From positions 6,510,001 to 6,574,000 of the forward strand of contig CATNEN010000039.1 in NCBI GenBank assembly GCA_950097015.1: DNA of 64,000 nucleotides, in the 5' to 3' direction. Below the pieces are notes generated by a model. That model was given only the letters and a program-made list of their open reading frames with translations, was not told the origin of the DNA and searched no databases. Of this stretch, positions 1 to 15,300 are shown piece after piece (the first letter of the stretch is position 1; the number at the start of each line of letters is the position of its first letter). Origin of the DNA: Macrostomum hystrix. Taxonomy: Eukaryota; Animalia; Platyhelminthes. A program made the position numbers and the translations under genes.

Positions 1-1940
1 TAGATTTTTATTACTGAAACTATATATATATTAAATAGATTTACAAAAGCAACAAGGATACAATTATATGTAACTAGCAAAGCAACAATAAGTTGCCATA
101 CATTTTCTATGTTTTCAAGTATTAAAAATCAAATTTAAATATGGCACCTAGACACACATAATTCTATATTACATTATTAAGGTTCAAATAGGCCATGTGG
201 CATGGCATTAGCACTGGTCAGTAGTCTAGGTACTGATAAATTACTGATATATATAAAAAATTGTGAAATATTGTTTACCCCTAAACATGTTTGCCCTTTT
301 TGATAAAAGAAATAAAACAAGTCTTAAGATTTCATGGACTATTTAGTTATTTTGTTTAGTTAAAATATATAGTTTTCAAAAGAGGCTATTGAGATTTGTA
401 AATTTTATTAGCAATAAAAAAATAATGTTTCATACTTATACTATTAATTACATTTTTTCTAACCATATCACTATATATAAAAAAGTAGAGGTGGACAAGT
501 CCAAAGTAGGTGTGTTCTGTAACTTATATATCAGCTAGAAGCAAAAGTAAAAACTATATTTCTTTTGACATAAGAATTTAAATAATGAGAAATCTTGTAA
601 CATTTAGCTGTTATTGCACATAAAGTAAGGCCAATTAGCAAAAAACCAATCTCTATTCTATCATACAAAACTTTAAAAAGATTATCTGTTCACATTAATT
701 TGATACATAGAAGGTTAGGTATATCATATGGACCCTAAGTTCTAGTTTTAGTTCATTGCCATTTGCTCTAGCTAGCTATCCAACAAGACCAAATGACATG
801 ATTTTTAAAAAAGGCCTAAAAATACAAAATAAAGTAAATTGCTAGCCTATCTAGGCTTAGCAATTATATATAGCTATCAGAGAAATTATTTTTTGAAGGA
901 CATTCTACCCTTAAAACAAAGATAAACTGGTATCTGGACACTTTGTCATCTTTTAACTTTGTCATCCCAATGACAAACTTCATATGGAGAACAAAGTTAA
1001 AAAGGACATTTAATAAAAAAATATTCATAGGTCCTAATCAATCAAATAGCCAATTTACTTACTTTTTACAAACAATAAGCAAGTTACCACAAGGTGACAA
1101 TAACTCGACTGAACAGCCGCTTATTGATGCGGATTCCTCAAATGGGTCATCCTCAATTCTTCTTAAAGTAACATTTTCGTATACCATTTTGGAAAGAAAA
1201 TTAGCTAGGTAGCTACCAACACAGCAAGATTAGTTAATTTAGTGGACTTTTTATAGAGTTAACAGTTTTGAGACAGTTCAGAATATATTTTGCTTCTGCT
1301 GAGTACTGTGTTAAGGGAAATACTATACACTAATTTTTCAACTAGTACTAGTAGGTTGATCAATAATAAATAGGCCTATTGAAGGAATCCAGAACAGAGA
1401 ATTTGCTTAGAAATTCCTAATGCATACTTTATGAGGGAAGTCTTTACTATGAAAAAATGCTTTAAGAAATAAAGATGGGAATTGTTCCAATGAGTAATGA
1501 TTGAGGTACAAAGAATCGATACCTTGATTTTGTTTCGAGACAGGTCACGTGACTAAAAAGATAGGTTTTGAAAAAAAATTGTTGTTAAACAAAAGTATAT
1601 AGTAATTTGCGCAGGTCAAATAAGATTTTCATTTAAAATAAGATAACGATAAGATAATACAAGTTAATGTTATAGTACACTTTTATGCGCTTTTAAAGCC
1701 CTTTAATTTACAAATGCACGCAGACGTCGTTTGCGCTGCAATATATTAGTGAATGTCGAGATGAGATTATCGTGTAAGTTAATATACTGAGAAGCTCATA
1801 TTCAGAGAAAAGTTCTTCCATCACTTCTATTTATAAAGGCTAAGAAAGGGTGGTTGGGAACAGTTGCTGTCAAATAAAAGTTCTTATAATTTTATTTCTT
1901 TAACATTCAGTTATTGCACCAGCGCAACGATCGCTCCAAC

Positions 1941-2641
1941 TCAGTTAAAAGCCGACACGCACTCGCACAGAGAAATTGTTGGGCTGCCAGAGAGATCTGA
2001 AATATCAGCGAGATTCGAAATCGAATGGTAGCGGCAAATGGCGTTCTCATTCCCTCCGCTGTTGTTGGGCTCCCCGCCGGCCCAGAGGTTCGGCGCAGCC
2101 GCGCAGCTCACCCACTGCCAGCCTCCGCCTGGCTCGGCACTCGCCGCAGCCTGCAAGCCTCCGAGCCTCACAGAGCTGCAGCTCGTCTCTGCAGCGTCCA
2201 ACACATCGGCCATGATGACAAGACCACTCTCATTGTCGCACCTCTAGTCCTGCCTGCTCTGCCACCAGTAGCCAGAGTTGTTGTACAGCTTGTACCTCAC
2301 TCCGCACAGCTGCTCATCATAGCCAGACGGACACAGCCTTCCCGGCTGCAGACCCGACTGTCTCCTCACAAAGATGCGACCAGTGGCTGAGCAGCTGCAA
2401 TTTCTCACGTGTTTGCTGCACCTGTCAAACACGATCGAACAGCTCGCATGCACGGACCGTGTGCAATGCTGAACGCCTGGCATCGCCGACGACTCGCGCA
2501 CAGCAGGGAGCACTGGAGCTCCGATGCCACAGCACTGCCGAGGGGCGTCTCCGAGAACTCACTGCCGATGCACAAGCTGGCGGTCACCTCCGTGAATTAC
2601 TCGGTGACTGTTCAATGACCGGTCGCCTGTGTCATAGCCAT
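1941..2641 (-). pseudogene. Degraded PAN/apple-like + C-type lectin domain gene
   Basis: ORFs 2244-2513 and 1941-2213 are in the same frame, separated by one TAG (2244-2246), and read CPSGY..RYKLY..WWQSRQD*RC...WQWV..LWAGGEPNNSGGNENAIC..LADISD..SLCEC (C-type lectin with EPN). Upstream, in another frame, SELQCSLLCASRRRCQAFSIAHGPC is PAN/apple-like and is preceded by further in-frame stops. Confidence 0.65.
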
Positions 2642-3080
2642 CGCAGCCGTACGTCTTATTCCAAGTATGGATGATGGTTACCTGTCAGCAAGGTGTCAAA
2701 ACTTCTGAGCCTATTCCCACTAAATATGAAAGTGTAGGATAAGCAGCCATCGTCAGATATTTATCCAATGTATGCTATTACGCAGATTTAATATTCTCAC
2801 ATAGACAAATGGAGAAGGCCAGATGCATTTCAGTAATTTCCAATCCAGGTAAGCACGGAATAATATAGCTCGCTATTGTGTCAGGCACTGAGCTAGAAGC
2901 CTATTGCTGCGACTTCACTATTCGATGTCACTATTTGATTTTAATGACAGCTTTTGCAAGTCTAGTACAAGTAAGCATATACTATACGAATGTTGAGGAC
3001 AGATAGACACACTCTTGACACACTATTGAGAAAATTGTAGATACACTACGATGTTAGTCTTATATGTCAAAATGTCCAAA

Positions 3081-3890
3081 TGTAGACACACTGTAAACAC
3101 TCTGTAGACACACTGTAAACACTCTGTAGACACACTGTAAACACTTTGTAGACACACTGTAAACACTCTGTAGACACACTGTAAACACTCTGTAGACACA
3201 CTGTAAACACTCTGTAGACACACTGTAAACACTCTGTAGACGCACTGTAAACACTCTGTAGACACACTGTAAACACTCTGTAGACACACCGTAAACACTC
3301 TGTAGACACACTGTAAACACTCTGTAGACACACTGTAAACACTCTGTAGACACACTGTAAATACTCTGTAGACACACTGTAAATACTCTGTAGACACACT
3401 GTAAACACTCTGTAGACACACTGTAAACACTCTGTAGACACACTGCAAACACTCTGTAGACACACTGTAAATACTCTGTAGACACACTGTAAACACTCTG
3501 TAGACACACTGTAAACACTCTGTAGACACACTGTAAACACTCTGTAGACGCACTGTAAACACTCTGTAGACACACTGTAAACACTCTGTAGACACACACT
3601 GCAAACACTCTGTAGACACACTGTAAACACTCTGTAGACACACTGTAAACACTCTGTAGACACACTGTAAACACTCTGTAGACACACTGTAAACACTCTG
3701 TAGACACACTGTAAACACTCTGTAGACACACTGTAAATACTTTCCAATTGTAGACAATTTTGGCACACTATTGGACATAATTTTGGCACACTGCTAGACA
3801 CAATTTTGGCACACTGCTAGACACAATTTTGGCACACTACTAGACACAATTTTGGCACGCTGCTAGACACAATTTTGGCATACCGTAGAC
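3081..3890. repeat. 22-bp minisatellite (TGTAGACACACTGTAAACACTC)n grading into a 23-bp CTAGACACAATTTTGGCACACTG repeat
   Basis: Direct tandem repetition visible; explains ORFs 3023-3801. Confidence 0.95.
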
Positions 3891-6323
3891 ATAGTGTTTG
3901 TACATTAAAGGAGGCAATTTAGGCAAACACTGTGGATAGCATATTTACATGCATCGGCCAAGGCTTCAACCGTATTACAAAGTTCTTGTTAGACTACTAG
4001 CAGTAGCAAAGCTTGAAATTTCAAACAAGCAAACACAAGATTTCAAATAGCTATTTAGTTAGTTGAGTGCGATAGATATTTTGCCGAATAAATAAATGAG
4101 AAAATACTCGACACTTCGCAGAAAATAAGTCCGGAGCATTTATTTTCTGACCGCGTGAAATAGCTCGTTGATAGGTGCACATTAAGGAGAAGTTACCATT
4201 CGTGTTTCCAGAACTCGTGCCTCTGCACTTTAACAAGCTATCATCAGGCGCATTGCGCGGACCCTCTGTGCAATGACGGCGTCATGCTGCTAAAAATAGC
4301 CAACTGTAAATGCTCGACCAGTCTTGCTTGCGGCTAAAGGAACATGAGTCACTCATAATCCTTATATGCGGAGCAGCGTTAAGCCGACAAATTCAAATCC
4401 CAGTCCCAGTTTCTGTCCCACTTTCGATTAAGGCTCCCTGTTATACTAAAAAATCGAAATTGCGCAGTGTCACCGCTTGAGAAAGACTGATTCGTGTGCG
4501 TGGGCAACTTGTTTCTTTTGCGACAGAAAAAGCTGCATAACTGAAGAAAAACTTATAATTTTATATTCAATTATCAGAGTTCTCAGTGTGGCTTGTATGT
4601 AATCATTACCAGAGCAGTCTAAGAGCTATTCAGTATTCACAATTGCAAAGATTTACTAAGCCGTAGAAAACTGTAGCATGTTATCAAGAGATTCAATTAA
4701 CATTTTACTGATAAAGATAAATGGTTTCGGGTGGGGTCGGGTTTGTGGCGCAGGAAATTATAGTACACTATAACAAGCCTGACTGCTCCATATTCCTTGC
4801 CTTTTCTGCGACTGTTGTGGGGATGGTCTTGCTGCTGCGGGTTGCTTAGACAGGTAAAGGTAAAAACTAAAACGGCTAGGCTTTATATAGGGAAGGGGTG
4901 GGTGACTGTACATTTTATTTGCATTTGCGCGCTGTCCAAAGCTTAAAGCCAATGCGAGATCTCACAGAGTCACAACACAACAATATAACTATAACTTTTT
5001 AAAAGTGACGCCCTCTCAGTTCCTTCCTCATAGTCTGCAAATAAAGAACGGGGTCGGGCAGGACTTGTCTCTCAAACCCTCCGCGCCGCGGGAATGGGGT
5101 GGGCTGGGCCAGCCCTCCCCCAGTGTACATCTATTTGAGGAGGTGGGGTTGGGGCTTTTCTCTGCCAATGACGCGACCCCAGCTAAAGCCAGAGAGTGCA
5201 ATGGCTAGGGCTGTGGCTCACAGCACTGGCACATAATGCCCACTCCAAAGCACCCACTGGGCCGTTAAAATTTTCTGGGAACCTTTCCCACTCACGCGCA
5301 CTATCCCGCCCCCCAGATATTCCAGGGCCAATTTTAAGAAGCATAGCCTCAGCTTGGCTACAAGTGAAAGGCTGACTACTGTTAAATAAGCTTAAAACAG
5401 GGCCGGGTCGTGGCCGTGGGTGTGTGACTTCGCATGATCTCTCCCCAAAAAATCCTTTCTTTTTTCCCCGTTTAAATTTTTCTCTTCGTATTCCACAAGA
5501 CAGACTAGCATTGGGAAGTTGGGAACTGAATAGCGCTTCAAATTACTGCAGCCAAACACAGATCGAGGGGCGTATATTGACAACAACCGGACGGATAAGC
5601 TTATGGCCCACGATACATGCTTATGTATCGTTCCATGCGTGAGTACAGATATAAATATACATATATATATATTGCTGTGCTACCTGCTTATATTTAGCTT
5701 GCTTTATAACTGGCTAAATGTTTACAGACGTACAGCAATGCTGCTCGTGTGGCTTGTTATAATAGGTTTCAGTTGCTGTTTCAACTTCAATTTGAAAAAT
5801 ATTAGAATTAGCTGCTTGGAATAAAAGTATAAACTATACGAAGGCAGATAAGCATACGGGCTTGATTCAGATCAGGTTGTAATAATAACTATACATTTGC
5901 GCTATATTTTTTACAGATATCTGTGGCCGCACACAGACATGTAAACAAAAATGTGTAGTGGAAATGGTTGCACACGTCCTGCCAATATGTGAAATACTTA
6001 TTAGCAGTCTCTGTGTGCAACTGTTTACAGCACGTGTTTAGTCTCTTAAAATTACAATTCAGTATCTAATGCTATACATTTTTCAAATGACAAAAGCGAC
6101 CATTATCGTCTTGTGGCGAAATTCAATTCAGTGTAGTTCCAATGTTAAACAAACGACAAAGGTAGTTAATAAAGCGCTTGATCCACATTCCCTGTTCCCC
6201 CCAGTTCCTACTCTCACTAACAACTAACCGTCTTTGTCACCTCCCAACGGTCGAATCGGCAGCGCCTGCTCTAGCTGCTCAGCCCAGCTTCCAGTCAGGG
6301 CGGTAGGACATCGCCAGCAGAGC

Positions 6324-9300
6324 ATGAGCCGCCTGTCGAACGACGGTGGTGCCGACGAGTACGCGAAACTCCAGCGCCGGAATTTCATTAGACAGCAGCC
6401 CCGTCATCATCAGCAGCATCTTCATCAGCAACAGTCCCAGCATCAGCAGCAACAGCAGCAGAGAGCATCCGCATTTTTCTTTGCCGAACTGAACACCGAC
6501 CTGGCAACCTATGCTGATCCAGCCGCCATTTCCGATGCCAGCGGCGCTAAATGCCGCTTCTGCACCTGCTGCTTTGGCGGCGGCGGCGGCGGCGGTGGCG
6601 GCGGCGCGATCGTCGCCAGCCGAGGTACCGTCAGCGTGCTGGCTGGACGCCACGCCATCCGCTGGGATCGTCGGCTGCTGCTGCGCCTGCTGCCGCTGCA
6701 CGCCGCTCTGGCCCTGGTGCTGGCTGCTGCGGAGGCGGCTGCCGTCGCGTCGGCGGCATCAATCACCGAAGCCGTCGAGCCGGCTGTCCGCTGCTGCCTG
6801 TACACCGTGACTCTGGCGCTGCTCTGCGGCGCCGTCGGCTTCGTCACCAGCCGACGCTTCCATCCAGGCAGCCACGCCGGCGCCGTCTCCGCCCTGGACC
6901 TGGCATGCACCGCCCTCATCTGCGTGGCCGCCCTGCCGCTCAGCGCGTCCGCACCTGCCGCCCTGCCCACCGGACTCTGGCAGGTGGCGCCCCTGCTGCT
7001 TTCCGTGCTCTGCCTGCTGCCGCTGCCGCTGCTGCTGACCGCCGGCTACTGCGCCATGCTCGCCACCGGCTTCACAGTCTGCGCCGGCCTCCTGGCGTAT
7101 CGGCGCTGCGCCGTCGGCTCCCCGCTGCCGATTTGCGACCACCTGCGCGCCACCTTCTGGAATTCTGTGAGTGCCACCTGCGGCATCCAAAACCCGCCAT
7201 CTTGTCACACCGTTGCTTCCAGACCCACCATCTTGTCACACCGTTGCTTCCAGACCCCGTCATCTTGTCACACCTGTGATTCCAGATCCAGACCCACCAT
7301 CTTGTCACATCGGAGCTTTCAGACCCACCATCTTGTCACACCGGTGCTTCCAGACCCCGTCATCTTGTCACACCTGTGATTCTAGACCCGCCATCTTGTC
7401 ACACCGTTGCTTCCAGACCCGCCATCTTGTCACACCTGTGATTCCAGACCCGCCATCTTGTCACACCTGTGATTCCAGACCCGCCATCTTGTCACACCTG
7501 TGATTCCAGACCCACCATCTTGTCACACCGGTGCTTCCAGACCCCGTCATCTTGTCACACCGTTGCTTCCAGACCCACCATCTTGTCACACCGTTGCTTC
7601 CAGACCCACCATCTTGTCACACCGTTGCTTCCAGACCCCGTCATCTTGTCACACCGTCGCTTCCAGACCCGCCATCTTGTCACACCGTTGCTTCCAGACC
7701 CCGTCATCTTGTCACACCGTTGCTTCCAGACCCACCATCTTGTCACACCGTTGCTTCCAGACCCACCATCTTGTCACACCGTTGCTTCCAGACCCCGTCA
7801 TCTTGTCACACCGTCGCTTCCAGACCCGCCATCTTGTCACACCGTTGCTTCCAGACCCCGTCATCTTGTCACACCGTTGCTTCCAGACCCACCATCTTGT
7901 CACACCGTTGCTTCCAGACCCACCATCTTGTCACACCGTTGCTTCCAGACCCCGTCATCTTGTCACACCGTCGCTTCCAGACCCCGTCATCTTGTCACAC
8001 ATGTGATTCCAGACCCACCATCTTGTCACACCGGTGCTTTCAGACCACCATCTTGTCACACCGTTGCTTCCAGACCCCGTCATCTTGTCACACCGTTGCT
8101 TCCAGACCCACCATCTTGTCACTCCGTTGCTTCCAGACCCACCATCTTGTCACACAGTTGCTTCCATACCCACCATCTTGTCACACCGTTGCTTCCAGAC
8201 CCCGTCATCTTGTCACACATGTGATTCCAGACCCACCATTTTGTCACACCGTTGCTTCCCGACCCGCCATCTTGTCACACCGGTGCTTCCAGACCACCAT
8301 TTTGTCACACCGTTGCTTCCCGACCCGCCATCTTGTCACACCGGTGCTTTCAGACCACCATTTTGTCACACCGTTGCTTCCAGGCCCGCCATCTTGTCAC
8401 ACCTGTGCTTCCAGACCCGCCATCTTGTCACACCGGTGCTTCCAGACCCGCCATCTTGTCACACCTGTGCTTCCAGACCCACCATCTTGTCACACCGGAG
8501 CTTCCAGACCCGCCATCTTGTCACACCGGTGCCTCAGCCATTATGACTGCTTGACACTGCCCTACCCACTGTCGCTAGTGGGACATTAATAGCTGGTTAG
8601 CTAAGTAAAGCAAAAAGCTGACTGCAGTAGTTAGGGACAATGTCCTTGCTTACTGTATGCGCATATTTGTCGGCCAGTACAAAGCGCGCAATTCATCCTC
8701 CTTGCTTTCATCCTCCAGGCTGTTGTTCCTGTACTAAGTTAAATTCACTCTATCGGCCTCACTATTTTTATCCCACCCTCCCGCCCTCCCCTCGGACAGC
8801 GACTTGCCTGAAAATCATCCCCCGCCCAAAATGATCCCCACTACCCCACAACAGCAGACCGGGTTGGGGTAGTATCCTAAGCTTTCCAATCTTTTATTGC
8901 TTACTATTCTGCCGCCGCTACTGCCGCCGCCGCCGCCGCCGCTGCTGCTGCTTTTGGGCGAGAGAGAGAGAGTGGTGGCTGGGGATAGCTGGGGTAATTT
9001 TTTAGGGGATATCTGAATTCGGGAAATAGGATTCCGGCCGATGATGCGCCCAGATATGTAACGCTTGCTGCGTTACTTCGATGGGGGGGGGAGGGACGCG
9101 AGAGAGAGAGAAGTTGGATGGGAGACAGCGGGGTGCGGTGGGACAGGCACCGTCTGACCCTTGGTGAACTCAGAAACTTGAAAAGAAACACCCTGGAACT
9201 AAATTTCACCCTAAGAGGGAGGATACAGGTACAGAGACAGCTGTGAGTTGTTATTTGCAGTCGATTAAATATCCCCAGCTGGTGTAGGGATTCATTATCC

Positions 9301-12300
9301 CCACAATAAGAACCAGATCGGGGCCAAAAGGAACCATAATGACTAGATAGGTAATGATCGTCCTGGGTGACTAGATGGGTAATGACCGACCTGGGTGGCT
9401 AGATGGGTAATGACCGACCTGGGTGACTAGATGGGTAATGACCGACCTGAGTGACTAGATGGGTAATGACCGACCTGAGTGACTAGATGGGTAATGACCG
9501 ACCTGAGTGACTAGATGGGTAATGACCGACCTGAGTGACTAGATGGGTAATGACCGACCTGAGTGACTAGATGGGTAATGACCGACCTGAGTGACTAGAT
9601 GGGTAATGACCGACCTGAGTGACTAGATGGGTAATGACCGACCTGAGTGACTAGATGGGTAATGACCGACCTGGGTGACTAGATGGGTAATGACCGACCT
9701 GAGTGACTAGATGGGTAATGACCGACCTGAGTGACTAGATGGGTAATGACCGACCTGAGTGACTAGATGGGTAATGACCGACCTGAGTGACTAGATGGGT
9801 AATGACCGACCTGAGTGACTAGATGGGTAATGACCGACCTGGGTGACTAGATGGGTAATGACCGACCTGAGTGACTAGATGGGTAATGACCGACCTGGGT
9901 GACTAGATGGGTAATGACCGACCTGAGTGACTAGATGGGTAATGACCGACCTGGGTGACTAGATGGGTAATGACCGACCTGGGTGACTAGATGGGTAATG
10001 ACCGACCTGAGTGACTAGATGGGTAATGACCGACCTGGGTGACTAGATGGGTAATGACCGACCTGGGTGACTAGATGGGTAATGACCGACCTGGGTGACT
10101 AGATGGGTAATGACCGACCTGAGTGACTAGATGGGTAATGACCGACCTGGGTGACTAGATGGGTAATGACCGACCTGAGTGACTAGATGGGTAATGACCG
10201 ACCTGGGTGACTAGATGGGTAATGACCGACCTGAGTGACTAGATGGGTAATGACCGACCTGGGTGACTAGATGGGTAATGACCGACCTGGGTGACTAGAT
10301 GGGTAATGACCGACCTGAGTGACTAGATGGGTAATGACCGACCTGGGTGACTAGATGGGTAATGACCGACCTGGGTGACTAGATGGGTAATGACCGACCT
10401 GAGTGACAAAATGGGTAATGACCGACCTGAGTGACAAGATGGGTAATGACCGACCTGAGTGACAAAATGGGTAATGACCGACCTGAGTGACTAGATGGGT
10501 AATGACCGACCTGAGTGACTAGATGGGTAATGACCGACCTGAGTGACTAGATGGGTAATGACCGACCTGGGTGACTAGATGGGTAATGACCGACCTGGGT
10601 GACTAGATGGGTAATGACCGACCTGGGTGATTAGATGGGTAATGACCGACCTGGGTGACTAGATGGGTAATGACCGACCTGGGTGACTAGATGGGTAATG
10701 ACCGACCTGAGTGACAAAATGGGTAATGACCGACCTGAGTGACAAGATGGGTAATGACCGACCTGAGTGACAAAATGGGTAATGACCGACCTGAGTGACT
10801 AGATGGGTAATGACCGACCTGAGTGACTAGATGGGTAATGACCGACCTGAGTGACTAGATGGGTAATGACCGACCTGGGTGACTAGATGGGTAATGACCG
10901 ACCTGGGTGACTAGATGGGTAATGACCGACCTGGGTGACTAGATGGGTAATGACCGACCTGAGTGACTAGATGGGTAATGACCGACCTGGGTGACTAGAT
11001 GGGTAATGACCGACCTGGGTGACTAGATGGGTAATGACCGACCTGAGTGACTAGATGGGTAATGACCGACCTGGGTGACTAGATGGGTAATGACCGACCT
11101 GAGTGACTAGATGGGTAATGACCGACCTGAGTGACTAGATGGGTAATGACCGACCTGAGTGACTAGATGGGTAATGACCGACCTGGGTGACTAGATGGGT
11201 AATGACCGACCTGAGTGACTAGATGGGTAATGACCGACCTGGGTGACTAGATGGGTAATGACTGACCTGAGTGACTAGATGGGTAATGACCGACCTGAGT
11301 GACTAGATGGGTAATGACCGACCTGGGTGACTAGATGAGTAATGACCGACCTGAGTGACTAGATGGGTAATGACCGACCTGGGTGACTAGATGGGTAATG
11401 ACCGCCCTGAGTGACTAGATGGGTTGGTTAATGACCGACCTGAGTGACAAAATGGGTAATGACCGAGTAGAGTGACAAAGGGGAAATGACCCACTGAAAT
11501 GACTAGATAGGGAATTATTCACTAGAATGACTTAGATAGGTAATTACCCACTAAAATGACTGGATAGGTAATTATTCACTAAACTGACTGGATAGGTAAT
11601 TATTCACTAAACTGACTAGATAGTTACTGACCTATTAATGTTCATTGGTGACTATGGATGACTCATCAAGGATTAACTACCTAGATTATATGAAACACAT
11701 GCAAGACCTGTGTTAGAAAAGTAAGGAACAATTGCATTAGACAGCGGATGGGAAATGTCCTGCGGCATAATGAAAAGTCACATTGGGAGATGTGAGGTTT
11801 AGCAGTATCAGGTTTTGTGTATCAGCGGACACTGAATTGCTGCAAGGCGCAGCTAAGTGGCCCAACTAAGGTGAGCTCCGGCCCTGAACCTTCCAGCTGG
11901 CTGGCTGCGTCCTGGTGCAGCTGGCTGTCCTGTCTGTGGGCGCTCTGCTGCAGCGCAGCCGGGACTCGGACCTGGTGGCCAGCCTGCGCCACGCTAGGAC
12001 CTACATCGGCTCCCGGGTGGCCCTGGAGCATCAGACGGACAAGCTGGTGAGGGCGCCTTGTTTATAACCTCTGCACCACCAATACCGATACCGATATCAT
12101 CTTGCACACTAATTCCCTGTCTGATGCAGCCATCTAAGCCCTATCCCATTTCCCCTTCTCCCATTTCATCTTCACCCATTTCCAAACTCCCATTTTCCCA
12201 ACTACAGTTTCCTGTCTCCCATTTCCCAACTCCCCTTCTTCCATCTCTCATCTTCCCCCAATTCTCTCTCCCATTTTTTATTTCCCATCTTTTGTTTTCT

Positions 12301-15300
12301 ATTTCCCATTTCCTATTTCCCATTTACCATCTCCCCTTCTCGCATCTCCCTTTCTCCAATCTCTCATCTTCCCTCCACTCCCTCCTCCTCCACTCCCTCC
12401 TCCTCCACTCCCTCCTCCTCCACTCCCTCCTCCTCCACTCTCTCCTCCTCCACTCCCTCCTCCACTCACTCCTCCTCCACTCCCTCCTCCTCCACTCTCT
12501 CCTCCTCCACTCCCTCCTCCACTCCCTCCTCCACTCCCTCCTCCTCCACTCCCTCCTCCTTCCTCCTCCGCTCCCTCCACCTCCACTCCCTCCTCCACTC
12601 CCTCCTCCACTCACTCCTCCTCCACTCCCTCCTCCTCCACTCCCTCCTCCTCCACTCCCTCCTCCACTCACTCCTCCTCCACTCCCTCCTCCTCCACTCC
12701 CTCCTCCTCCACTCCCTCCTCCTCCACTCTCTCCTCCTCCACTCCCTCCTCCTCCACTCCCTCCTCCTCCACTCCCTCCTCCTCCACTCCCTCCTCCTAT
12801 CCTATTCTTGTCTCTTATTTTTCCCAATTCTCGCCGCTCCCATATTCTCACATTCTTATTCCTCCCCGAATTCTCCCCTCTTTACATCTCCCCCTAAATT
12901 CTCCCATCCCCCGAATCGTCCCCTCTCCCATTCCCTCCGTTGTGTGCATGCGATGGTCCAATCCGTCATCAACCTGATCCGTCGCGCAGGACCGGCTGGT
13001 GACCTCGCTGGTGCCTCAGAGCCTGGCTGCCGAGCTGAAGCTCAACTGCCTCCGCGGCTTCGTTGGCTTCGACGGCTGCCGAGTTGCGCAGGCCTCTGGC
13101 GTCGCGTGAGTCAGGGCCACGCTGAGACTTGGAACTTGTGAAATTTCCCAACCCGCTAATCCGCTTGGGCACATCTGGCTGCTTTCTTCCTGAAACCAAT
13201 GCTTGATCACAACGAAACTAAAAAAATGTTCTAAATCGAAGGGTCTCATCCCGATTCAAAATAGCCGGCCCTGATGCTTCAGATCCAATCCTGAAGCTTC
13301 AGCTCCCATTCTAAAGCTTCAGATCCAATCCTGATGCTTTAGATCTAATCCTGAAGCTTCAGATCCAATCCTGAAGCTTCAGATCCAATCCTAAAGCTTC
13401 AGATCTAATCCTGAAGCTTCAGATCTAATCCTGAAGCTTCAGATATAATCCTGAAGTTTCAGATCTAATCCTGAAGCTTCAGATCTAATCCTGAAGCTTC
13501 AGATTCAATCCTGAAGGTTCAGATTCAATCCTGAAGGTTCTGATCTAATCCTGATGCTTCAGATCCCATTATAAAGCTTCAGACCCCATCCTGATGCTTC
13601 AGATCCCATTCTAAAGCTTCAGACCCCATCCTGATGCTCCAGATCCAATCCTGAAGGTTCAGATTCAATCCTGAAGGTTCAGATCCCATCCTGATGCTTC
13701 AGATCCAATCCTGAAGGTTCAGATCCAATCCTGATGCTTCAGATCCAATCCTGAAGGTTCAGATTCAATCCTGAAGGTTCAGATCCAACCCTGATGCTTC
13801 AGATCCCATTCTAAAGCTTCAGACCCCATCCTGATGCTTCAGATCCAATCCTGATGCTTCAGATCCAATTCTTAAGCTTCAGATCCAAACTCATAAACTT
13901 TAACCCAACATTCTCAAGCTGGAATCCCCACTTGGATAGGGGGGTATTTTCTTAGAAAAAGGTTAATCAAAGCGAATCACAACTCAGATAATCCAGCTCT
14001 TTTCATTAAATGACTCACTCCACAAAAGTGCATTACTCAGCCACTACTCCAGCTCTGCCCCAACCCCCACCAATTCCGCAGCGTCGTCTCCGCCTGCATC
14101 GACGGCCTCACAAACTTTCCGGCCGCTTCGTTCGCCGCAGCAGACGCCGCCAGACTGCTGCATCAGCTGCTGTGCCACATGGACCACATCACCATGGTAA
14201 CCAGCCTGACCTCTCTATCTATATTATTACTCTCGTTCGTGAAAAACTGTTCGATTCCGTCGGGAAGTCTCGACAAAAACATTTTTTATCTAATGATCAA
14301 TAGACTAGTGTGCTTAACAGAAGAGCTTGGTTTGTGTATATTTGTGTCCGTTTGAGCAAGAGATTCAGGACTGCTCACAGTTTGAGAATGAGAGTGTCAG
14401 AGGGAGGTGCCAGTCCAATATAGCTAATCGATGCCAGTGCAAGCCTTACCAAACGCTCTGCTCTTGACTATGGGCCAAGGAAATACGCACACACAACCCA
14501 GTCAGTCCGCCTGAACGAATCCTTCTCTATCTCCGCCCAAATCCCCCTGATTTAGTTATTTTCCTATGCTATGCTATCTGCTGAATGTGTGCAATAGGGA
14601 AGATCTATTAGCCATATGCTTTGGGCAGTAATCGATCGATATGTGCATGTTAACTACTTACAAAGATTAGTAGAGCATGAAGCGAAAAAGTTCCGTAATT
14701 TAATTTATATTGTTTGTCCTTGGCTTTACCAGGATTACCAAGGCTATAGAGGCTGCTTTGACGGCGATGCCTTCCTGGTAACCTTCGGCTTCCCCTTGGC
14801 AACCGACGCCTGCCGACCTCAGCAGGCGCTGCAGTTCTCACTGGCCCTGCACGAATTCGTCAGGTAGCCAGAGCGTTGTCATCTTCGAATCCCAATCACG
14901 ATTCTTCAAATCCCAATCCATAATCTTCTAATCCCAATCCGTAATATTTGAATCTTAATCCATAATCTTCGAATCCCAATCCATAATCTTCTAATCCCAT
15001 CCATAATCTTTTAATCCCAAAAATCTTCTAATCCCATCCATAATCTTCTAATCCCAATAATCTTCGAATCCCAATCCATACCTTCGAATCCCAATCGATA
15101 ATCTTTTAATCCCAATCCATAATCTTCTAATCCCATCCATAATCTTCTAATCCCAATCCATAATCTTCCAATCCCATCCATAATCTTTTAATCCCAATAA
15201 TCTTCTAATCCCATCCATAATCTTCTAATCCCAATCCATAATCTTCAAATCCCAATCGATAACCTTCGAATCCCAATCCATAATATTCTAATCCCAATCC

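Noticed and set aside
1-1560. AT-rich segment with ORF 943-1212, possibly a transposon remnant
   Set aside because: No recognisable protein motif, TIR pair or TSD could be established within the window.
2244-2246. Programmed stop-codon readthrough or recoding in the lectin gene
   Set aside because: Additional stops and a frameshift upstream make pseudogenisation the simpler explanation, and other genes here use TAG/TGA as normal stops.
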